In this document: piece by piece, positions 56,437 through 64,000 of the stretch | Position numbering within the stretch: position 1 is the first letter of the stretch | Layout: every line of letters starts with the position of its first letter | From: a bacterium SCSIO 12643 | GTDB lineage: Bacteria > Bacteroidota > Bacteroidia > Flavobacteriales_G > Salibacteraceae | DNA length: 64,000 bases | NCBI GenBank assembly: GCA_024398135.1 | Contig: CP073750.1 | Location: 4,022,471 to 4,086,470 of the forward strand | Direction of reading: 5' to 3' | Made by a program: the position numbers and the translations under genes | The notes under the pieces: model-generated | Told to the model about the DNA's origin: nothing | What the model saw: only the letters and a program-made list of their open reading frames with translations | Databases searched by the model: none

Positions 56437-57891
56437 ATGAATCCTTTAATGCGTAATCTTATTCTAATCATGTCCATACTTGTTAGTATTTTCATGCATT
56501 ACGAGCATCTCAATAAAGACCTGGTTAGTATTCATGTTTGGCGACAAACACAAACGCAATCAACAATCAACAACTTCTTCGAGGAAGACATGAACATCTT
56601 TCGACCGACCAGAAACGATCGTGGCAATACGGATGGTTTATTTAGAATGGAGTTTCCGCTGATGCAATGGTCGGTTGCAGCTCTATACAAAGTATTTGGA
56701 CAGAAAATCATTATCACCAGAGTCTTTATGCTGATTATCGGTTTTCTATCCATTATCGGAATGTACCATTTACTATATGCTCTGTTTTACAACATGACTT
56801 TAGCTACAATTGGAGCCTGGGGCTTTAGCTTTTCGCCAAGCTTTTATTATTACACTATAAACCCTCTTCCAGATAATATGGCTCTATGTTTTGCTATTTG
56901 GGGAACAGCACTTTTCTTTTATTGGTATCAAAACCAAAAGAGTTCATATCTCATTTTTAGTGGTCTACTATTTAGTCTTGCTGCATTATGCAAACTACCA
57001 TTCATTATCTATTTCTCTATTCCTGCTGGTTATATTATGATCAAATGGAATATAAAAGACTTAAAAAAATTGACCTCGATAGCGCTCCGAGCTTTCTTAT
57101 TTGTTCCACTTCCAGTTCTTTGGTACCTAACTGTAATTCCTCAATGGCATGGAAACGTAATCGTCAGCGGATTCTTTGGACATTCTACTTCTCTGACCCA
57201 ATTATTAGACTATTACCAGCATAATTTGATATCAACTATGCCGGAGTTACTCCTCAATTATGGTTCGCTTCTATTTTTCCTTGCAGGATTTTACTTTTTA
57301 TGGAAAAGACGTGCTTATAAAAATCCAAAGTTTATTTTGGTTCTAACACTTAGTCTCGCTGCACTGACCTATTACTTTTACGAAGCTGTAGCCATTGAAA
57401 AAGTGCACGATTACTACCTGTTCCCATTTTATCCACTATTGTTTATTCTGGTAGGCTATGGTGCATTTCATTTGTTTCATTCCACTGCAAAAAACTACCG
57501 ATACTTTTATATATTTCTATTGCTCATCCTCCCTGTTACATGCTATTTACGCATGCATGAACGATGGGATACCGAATCACCAGGATTCAATCCAGATTTG
57601 TTCGCTTATAAGCAAGAATTGAGAGATTCTGTTCCCAAAGACGCATTAGTGGTTGCTGGGAACGACCATTCCCGTTTCATTTTCTTTTATTACATCGATA
57701 AAAAAGGTTGGGGATATCAGGATGATCAACTTACCGGAAAACAACTCCAAAAAATGATTCAAGAGGGAGCTACTTATCTGTATTCTGATTCCAGATTGAT
57801 AGATGAAAACGTAGAAATCAAACCTCTTATTGAAGAACTTATTTTAGAAAGAGGTTCAATCCGTATTTTTAAACTTAAAACTTCCTTATAA
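56437..57891 (+). CDS. GT-C-fold membrane glycosyltransferase (ArnT/PMT, GT39-like), 484 aa, ~12 TM
   Basis: Polytopic; first loop contains acidic 'EEDMNIFRPTRNDRGNTDG'; tentative. Confidence 0.45.
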   Translation: MNPLMRNLILIMSILVSIFMHYEHLNKDLVSIHVWRQTQTQSTINNFFEEDMNIFRPTRNDRGNTDGLFRMEFPLMQWSVAALYKVFGQKIIITRVFMLIIGFLSIIGMYHLLYALFYNMTLATIGAWGFSFSPSFYYYTINPLPDNMALCFAIWGTALFFYWYQNQKSSYLIFSGLLFSLAALCKLPFIIYFSIPAGYIMIKWNIKDLKKLTSIALRAFLFVPLPVLWYLTVIPQWHGNVIVSGFFGHSTSLTQLLDYYQHNLISTMPELLLNYGSLLFFLAGFYFLWKRRAYKNPKFILVLTLSLAALTYYFYEAVAIEKVHDYYLFPFYPLLFILVGYGAFHLFHSTAKNYRYFYIFLLLILPVTCYLRMHERWDTESPGFNPDLFAYKQELRDSVPKDALVVAGNDHSRFIFFYYIDKKGWGYQDDQLTGKQLQKMIQEGATYLYSDSRLIDENVEIKPLIEELILERGSIRIFKLKTSL

Positions 57892-57895
57892 TATC

Positions 57896-58744
57896 TTAGT
57901 GCTCCCCACCCAATAACTCACTGGCTTCCATTACAATTAATCTTGCTTGCGCATCATACTCGTGCACTAAATCTGTCAAGGCACTAATTTGATTTCGGTT
58001 AATTACGATAAACATAATGTCTTTATAATCTTCGAGATTAAAGTCTCTTCCTTTCACAATTGTCCCTCCTACACCAAACGACTGTTTAATGACCTGACTT
58101 AAGCTATCCAGACTTTTTATTGATGAAATATGTACGATTTTCTGAGTTTGCTTACCTGTCAAAACCAGATCAATTACTTTGGAAGCAGCATAAATACTGA
58201 TCATACTCCACAAAGCTAACTCCACACTGTTAAATACAATTCCAGCGGAAATCACTACAATCGAATCTAATAGTAGGATAACATTTCCTGTTTTAATATC
58301 AATCTTAGAAGTGACAATCTTTGCAATAATGGTTCCTCCACCCGCAGATCCACCGCCCTTAAAAATAAATCCAAGCCCAATCCCAACAGCCACACCACCA
58401 TACAATGTCGCTAGTAAAGGCTCCGTACTTAATGTAGGAATTTGAACGATCTCTCCCAAAACATCAATAAACAAAGCAATAAAAGCGATTGCAGCAATGG
58501 TTTTAAACGCAAAATGTTTCCCCAGATATTTAATACTCACCAAAAGCAACGGTACATTAATCAACGCCATTAGACCACCAATCGGCAAATCAATAATGTA
58601 ATGCAAAACTATCGCCAATCCGGCAGTACCACCGGTAGCAATTTGATTAGGCGCTAAAAACCCCACCATTCCCAGTGCCAGCATAAAGCTTCCTATCAAT
58701 ATAAAAGAGTAACTTTTAACGGTCTGTACTCCATCCACTTTCAT
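57896..58744 (-). CDS. YitT-family membrane protein (DUF161 + DUF2179)
   Basis: 'GGTAGLAIVLHYI...GGGSAGGGTIIAKI' glycine-rich membrane repeats and a C-terminal soluble domain. Confidence 0.75.
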   Translation of the reverse strand: MKVDGVQTVKSYSFILIGSFMLALGMVGFLAPNQIATGGTAGLAIVLHYIIDLPIGGLMALINVPLLLVSIKYLGKHFAFKTIAAIAFIALFIDVLGEIVQIPTLSTEPLLATLYGGVAVGIGLGFIFKGGGSAGGGTIIAKIVTSKIDIKTGNVILLLDSIVVISAGIVFNSVELALWSMISIYAASKVIDLVLTGKQTQKIVHISSIKSLDSLSQVIKQSFGVGGTIVKGRDFNLEDYKDIMFIVINRNQISALTDLVHEYDAQARLIVMEASELLGGEH

Positions 58745-58798
58745 TAGCTTGCAAAATTTGACGCGAAACTACGGCATCCGGTAAGTTGAAATTATGAC

Positions 58799-59710
58799 TT
58801 GTGTTATGTTTGCGTCATGTATCATTTTCCTATTGAATACCACGAACCATTATTCAGGCCGCCCAGCGAAGGACGTTCTTTGATTATTCAAATCACATTA
58901 GGTTGCTCCTGGAACAAGTGTTCTTTTTGTGAAATGTATACATCTAAAAAATTCAAGCCCAGAAAGGAATTAGATATATTTCAGGATATCGAAGCTTTTA
59001 TTCCGTATGCTTCTCAAATCACCAAAGTATTTTTAGCCGATGGTGATCCATTGGTTTTGTCCACAGTAAGATTATTACGCATCCTGGACAAACTACAAGC
59101 TACATTCCCAAATTTGAGACGGATTTCCACTTATGCATCTCCTAGCAATTTGGCTCGGAAATCTCATCAGGAACTTCGCGAGTTGAAAGATGCAGGACTT
59201 ACATTACTTTATGTCGGTATCGAATCGGGTGATAGCGAGGTCCTTCATGCCATTCAGAAGGGAGAAACTTTCCAAACTACCATAGAGGGGCTAAACAAAT
59301 CTAAAAACGCTGGAATGGATAGCTCTGTGATGATCATTAATGGTGTTGGAGGTCAGTTACTCACTAAACAACATGCAATTCACTCTGCACAAGTGCTAAA
59401 TGAAACCCAACCAAAATTCGCTTCCACTCTGGTGCTTACTGCACATAAAGGGCTGGCACATTATCAGAACAAATATTTAGGTGAATTCATCCCGTTGACT
59501 ACTCTGGAATTGTTTGAAGAGCTTGAACTTTTTATGCAACATTTGGAACTGGATCAAACGATTTTCCGTAGTGATCATGCTTCCAATCAATTGGTTCTTA
59601 AAGGTGTTTTAGGTCGAGACAAAGAATTATTTCTAAAACAAATTCACGATGCGATTCAAAACCCAAATACATCCGCGCATATTCGCCCTAAAATTCCAAA
59701 TGCCTATTAA
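58799..59710 (+). CDS. Radical SAM-type protein (atypical Cx4Cx2C cluster motif)
   Basis: 'GCSWNKCSFCEM' near the N-terminus; 'LYVGIESGD' TIM-barrel-like; the start may be the internal 'MYHFPIEY'. Confidence 0.6.
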   Translation: MCYVCVMYHFPIEYHEPLFRPPSEGRSLIIQITLGCSWNKCSFCEMYTSKKFKPRKELDIFQDIEAFIPYASQITKVFLADGDPLVLSTVRLLRILDKLQATFPNLRRISTYASPSNLARKSHQELRELKDAGLTLLYVGIESGDSEVLHAIQKGETFQTTIEGLNKSKNAGMDSSVMIINGVGGQLLTKQHAIHSAQVLNETQPKFASTLVLTAHKGLAHYQNKYLGEFIPLTTLELFEELELFMQHLELDQTIFRSDHASNQLVLKGVLGRDKELFLKQIHDAIQNPNTSAHIRPKIPNAY

Positions 59711-59713
59711 GGT

Positions 59714-61819
59714 TTACAGCGTCATTGTCAATTGTACTCTTTTACGCTCCAAATCTACTCCTATAACCTTAACTCTTACCTGCTGATTTAACTGAACGTG
59801 ATCATAAATATTTGAAACATATGAATCTGATATCTGTGACACATGTACCAGGCCAGATTCTTTGATTCCTATGTTTACAAATGCACCAAAATTGGTAATG
59901 TTATTTACAGTACCTGTTAGCTGCATGCCTTCTTTTAAATCTTCAATTTTTTCGATCTGATTTGACACCATTTCTTTTAAAGGTGTTCTCGGATCACGCG
60001 TTGGCTTTTTTAATTCTTTCAGAATAAATTCAATGGTCAATTTCCCATATTTTTCTTCGAGAAATTGAATACTTTGCACATTACATTTTTGGATCTCCAA
60101 ATTTTGCAATGACATTTTGTTTAGCTTAGATAACTCTTCTACAATCACATATGTTTCAGGGTGTATAATCGTATTATCCAAAGTATTTTTACCGTTTTCA
60201 ATTCTTAAAAAACCAGCAGCTTGTTGATAGGTTTTCTTACCCATTTTGGGTACTTTCAATAGCTGTTTTCGCTCCTGATAATCTCCATGTTCTTCTCTAA
60301 AAGCAACAATATTTTTGGCTATGGTTCCTCCCAATCCTGAAACATGTGCCAAAATAGCATATGATGCAGTATTTAATTCTACTCCCACGTGATTCACACA
60401 GTGCGCTACCACATCATCTAATTTTTGACGCAACAAAGGTTGATTCACATCATGTTGATATTGCCCCACTCCTATAGATTTCGCATCGATTTTGACCAAT
60501 TCCGCCAAAGGATCCATAAGTCTACGTCCAATAGAAATGGCGCCTCGCACAGTTAAATCCAGCTCTCCGAATTCTTCTCGGGCAATCTCCGATGCCGAAT
60601 AAATACTCGCCCCAGCTTCATTCACCGAAAAAACCTAAATATCAGAGTTTTTAAACAATTTCCTACACAAACGTTCTGTTTCAATTCCAGCCGTTCCATT
60701 TCCGACAGCGATAGCTTGAACCTTATGCTTTTTTGTCAAATTCAATAACGTTTGTTCCGCCTCATGTATTTTGTTTTGCGGAGGATGTGGAAATATCGTA
60801 GAATGGGTAATAAAATCTCCATTTTTATTTAATGCTGCGACCTTACAACCCGTTCTAAATCCTGGATCAATCGCTAAAGTATTCTTCGCTCCCAACGGGG
60901 ACTGCAACAATAATTGTTTCAAGTTTTCTGCAAATACTTCAATAGAATCCAGATCTGCTTTCTCTTTAAGTTCTTTTTTAATCTCCGATTCAAAATTCGG
61001 CTGTAGAATTCGCTTATATGCTTCGATAATAGCCTTATCTACATATGAATTGGTTGCGTAATTACGATATACACCACGCTCTATAGAACCATATGCTCTA
61101 TCTTCATCTACTTCAATTTTAAAGTTCAGAAGCCCCTCTTTTTCCCCTCTAAAAACAGCCAAAACCCGATGCGAAGCCATACGTTGAATTCGTTCGGAAA
61201 AATCAAAATAGTCTTTAAACTTCTCTGCTTCTTTAGCTTTTCCTCGCTTCACCTGTGCAACCGCCACACTATATTTCTGAAACTGTTGTCTCAATCGGTC
61301 TCTAATCCATAGATTCTCAGAAATCCATTCGGCCAGAATACTTACCGCACCATCTAAAGCGTCTTTTTGATCCTCGACCTTTCCACGAACAAACCCAAAG
61401 GCCTTATCTTCAATATCCGAATCACGATGCGATTTTTGAATATATATAGCCAATGGTTTTAGTCCATTTTCAATGGCTTTCTGTCCCTTTGATTGCCTTT
61501 TTTTCTTAAATGGCAAATACAAATCTTCCAACTCATTTAACAGCTGAGCCGATTCTATTTTTCGCTTTAAAGCATCAGTCAGCTTTCCTTGCTCCTCAAT
61601 ACTTTTAAGAATAGAATCCTTTCGCGTATTAAAGGTTTCCCAGTAATGACTTCTTTCTTTAATTTGAATGAGTTGAACTTCGTCCAACCCTTTGGTTAAC
61701 TCTTTTCTATATCTCGCTATAAAAGGAATAGTTGCGCCATCGTCTAGTAATTCAAATACTTTGGCAATAACTCCTTCGGTAAGATTTAATTCTTTACCGA
61801 CTTTTGACTGAACGTCCAT
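59714..61819 (-). pseudogene. tex: tex (S1-domain transcription accessory protein) interrupted by an in-frame TAG at 60635-60637
   Basis: N-part 'ARYRKELTKGLDE...VGNGTAGIETERL' (YqgF/Tex N-terminus) and C-part '(V)NEAGASIYSASEIAREEF...HhH...S1' are in the same frame: '...KNSDI-TAG-VFSVNEAGASIY'. The track's second ORF starts at an in-frame GTG. Confidence 0.8.
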
Positions 61820-61840
61820 GAAAATTACGTCTATAACGAA

Positions 61841-62248
61841 TTAAGGCATATAAATCTGATCCAACACACGCACACTATCCACCTCAATAACCAAAGGTTT
61901 GTCTGTTCCTTTAAAGGAAATAAACACACTGTTGGATACATTTTTTAAATCCATTTTTTCCGCAGATTCTGTATACTGTGCCTTGTATATATTTCTTGCA
62001 GAGTCTTTTAAATGAATTTTAGCCTTATGTAGATGATGTGTTAAACTATCCGGTTGAATTTTATCTGAATGAATTTCAATCTTCATCAAGAATTCAAAAA
62101 CGCTTTTGCCGCCTTCAATTCCTGAAACCATCTCTTGCACTGTGACATCTTTTACTTTCACTTTTGCTTGTTCTCCCACAATTCCATTCTGTGAGGTACA
62201 GCCCATCACAACAAGCCATACCATCATTAAAAATCCAATTTTCTTCAT
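61841..62248 (-). CDS. Hypothetical small lipoprotein
   Basis: 'MKKIGFLMMVWLVVMGC'. Confidence 0.45.
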   Translation of the reverse strand: MKKIGFLMMVWLVVMGCTSQNGIVGEQAKVKVKDVTVQEMVSGIEGGKSVFEFLMKIEIHSDKIQPDSLTHHLHKAKIHLKDSARNIYKAQYTESAEKMDLKNVSNSVFISFKGTDKPLVIEVDSVRVLDQIYMP

Positions 62249-62258
62249 GGATGCAATA

Positions 62259-64000
62259 TTACTCTAAAATGAACTGAATTCTCGCTTTTTTATCACCTGA
62301 AGAAACGGAAAGAATATAATTCCCACTAACTCCTTCAAAGTTTACTTTAAAGTCGTTTCCGCTATCAAAAGTATGATACACTCTTCTGCCTTGAGTATCA
62401 TAAATTTCAATATTCACATCATTAAACTGACTTCCTAAATCAATGTAAAATTGTCCATCATTAGGATTAGGATATAAGTTCACCTCTGTTTCAAATGAAT
62501 TCTCAATTACACTGTTGATGTTTTGTGCAGTACGTACTTGATATTGATATCTATAACTTTCAGTCGTATCGTTGTTTTGGCCTACAGCATATACTTTAAA
62601 ATAAATATCTGTTCCCTTTCCATAATTGGTAAATGCACTATCTGTCACCCAGGTACTATCCATCGTATTACTCATAGTCAATATTTTATTTAAGTCTGTG
62701 GTCCCATTAGACCATTTTACAAAAGCAGATTTTACATTTTGATCGTAAGAAATTATAGATGTCACATATTGATCATCTCCCGCTTTAGGAGCAATATCTG
62801 TTGGTGTATCTGTAATACTGGTATAAAGAATTGCTGGGTAATCTGCTCTCCCTTTTAGGTGGTATTCCCATAAACCACGTCCCCAGGTGGCTGCTTTTAA
62901 AGTATTTGATCCATATTGTATCTCTAAATCCCTTACCGTAACATTGGGTAAATTGGTATTGTATAATTCCCATTGCGTAGCATTCATTGATTTCACATAC
63001 ACACCGATCTCTGCTCCTAAATAGATAAACGAACTATCTGAATGATCTATCACCACCGATCTAATTGGCATATCATTTAAATTATAAGTGATATTACTCC
63101 AGGTCTGTCCCAAATCATGTGAGATATACACCTTTTTTGAATCTGCCTGATATCTGTTATATGTCACAATCATGGTAGAATCATTGTGTGGATCAAATGC
63201 AATATCGGTAATGGCATAATTCGGCAATCCAATAAAAGAGCTTCTGGAAGTGACCCAATGATCTTCAGTAATCATCAAATTATTTCCGCTGGAAACAGCC
63301 ATTATATCAGAATTATTCTCTGCTATTGCAGCTACTTCAAGCAATCCAATACCCGGATTACCTATTTCATACCATGTATCACCAAATTCATCTGATTGAT
63401 AGATTTTTTCAGCAAAATGATATACACGCATTTGATGGTTTGGACTGTACAGTAATGGTGCCTGCCAGTCAGCTTCTCCAGAACCATTATCCGGATTATT
63501 CGCTCCAAAGCGCGTTTGCCCTCCATCCTTGGTAATTTGGCGGGTTCCAAACTGCCAACTACCTATCATCCATTCTGGGTTTAAAGTTTGCACAATCGCT
63601 TCCATTCCATCTCCTCCATTCCACTCAATCCAACCGTTCTCATTCAATACACTGGTTCCATTATCTTGCGAACCTGCCATATACACATCATAATGGCTTT
63701 GACTTACACCACTAGCATAAAACTCGCGAATTCCGGTTCCATCATTTAACCTGCTCCAGGTCGCACCATTATCATCTGTTTTTGCCAGATATCCATCCGT
63801 GCCCACATAGAACACACCATTTACACTCTCTGCAGTTCGTAAATCTGCATGGGTATAATCATTTGTGGGGTTGCTATTGGCCCAGGCTGCAATTTCCGTA
63901 AATGTGACTCCACCATCAGTACTTCCCATGAGGTTTAAATAACCATATACCATATTGCTCGTATCCAAATCTGAAACCGCAAAACCATCACAACTCTCGG
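62259..64000 (-). CDS. BNR/Asp-box repeat (sialidase/VPS10-like beta-propeller) protein with T9SS C-terminal sorting domain; 5' end beyond the window
   Basis: BNR motifs 'SHDLGQTW', 'TDDNGATW', 'STDGGVTF'; CTD 'VNLYPNPNDGQFYIDL...ILSVSSGDKKARIQFILE'; ORF open to the window edge. Confidence 0.7.
   Translation of the reverse strand, partial: ESCDGFAVSDLDTSNMVYGYLNLMGSTDGGVTFTEIAAWANSNPTNDYTHADLRTAESVNGVFYVGTDGYLAKTDDNGATWSRLNDGTGIREFYASGVSQSHYDVYMAGSQDNGTSVLNENGWIEWNGGDGMEAIVQTLNPEWMIGSWQFGTRQITKDGGQTRFGANNPDNGSGEADWQAPLLYSPNHQMRVYHFAEKIYQSDEFGDTWYEIGNPGIGLLEVAAIAENNSDIMAVSSGNNLMITEDHWVTSRSSFIGLPNYAITDIAFDPHNDSTMIVTYNRYQADSKKVYISHDLGQTWSNITYNLNDMPIRSVVIDHSDSSFIYLGAEIGVYVKSMNATQWELYNTNLPNVTVRDLEIQYGSNTLKAATWGRGLWEYHLKGRADYPAILYTSITDTPTDIAPKAGDDQYVTSIISYDQNVKSAFVKWSNGTTDLNKILTMSNTMDSTWVTDSAFTNYGKGTDIYFKVYAVGQNNDTTESYRYQYQVRTAQNINSVIENSFETEVNLYPNPNDGQFYIDLGSQFNDVNIEIYDTQGRRVYHTFDSGNDFKVNFEGVSGNYILSVSSGDKKARIQFILE

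Noticed and set aside
1-64000. Search for CRISPR arrays, tRNA/rRNA genes, transposases, integrases and prophage genes
   Set aside because: None found by eye. Intergenic regions are short, and none shows tRNA cloverleaf hallmarks (GTTC..A / TTCGAAT-type T-loops) or regularly spaced identical 25-40-bp repeats. No protein has a DDE or tyrosine-recombinase signature. The window appears chromosomal; the 41.9-44.7 kb block is only suggestive of accessory origin.

Overview
AT-rich window of Bacteroidota (Flavobacteriia-like) character, judged from T9SS C-terminal sorting domains, TonB-dependent receptors with DUF4249-like partner lipoproteins, an ECF-sigma/FecR pair and several LytTR-type two-component systems. 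About 60 protein-coding genes are packed on both strands. I recognise no rRNA, tRNA, CRISPR array, transposase or integrase. Main content: (1) a co-directional seven-gene membrane cluster on the minus strand at ~24.9-34.9 kb, made of two TerB-like proteins, a 1628-aa protein with a C-terminal AAA+ (AAA_5/MoxR-like) ATPase, flotillin (YqiK-like), NfeD/YqiJ-like, PspA/IM30 and a YjfI-like protein. This is my top candidate for an undescribed membrane-stress, membrane-remodelling or defence system. (2) An rtcB-prfH ribosome-repair pair apparently co-transcribed with a TPR gene and an unknown gene. (3) An XRE-HTH / PLD-family nuclease two-gene module with an operator-like repeat. (4) Gene lesions visible in the sequence: an 8-bp tandem duplication (ATGGCAGA x2) that frameshifts a membrane sensor kinase, an in-frame TAG inside tex, and an STN-domain-only ORF in an ECF/FecR/TonB cluster. 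(5) 9-10-bp direct repeats with exactly 21-bp periodicity beside three different LytTR two-component loci (candidate LytTR operators). (6) Lipid-modifying genes: two sterol-desaturase-family paralogs, one fused in frame to a lipoprotein-like domain and one overlapping a Rieske oxygenase. (7) A Crp-adjacent operon of YceI, cytochrome c, beta-barrel and lipoproteins. (8) A low-density block of hypotheticals with tandem paralogous HTH-like genes at 41.9-44.7 kb. DUF numbers and family names are from memory, not from searches.
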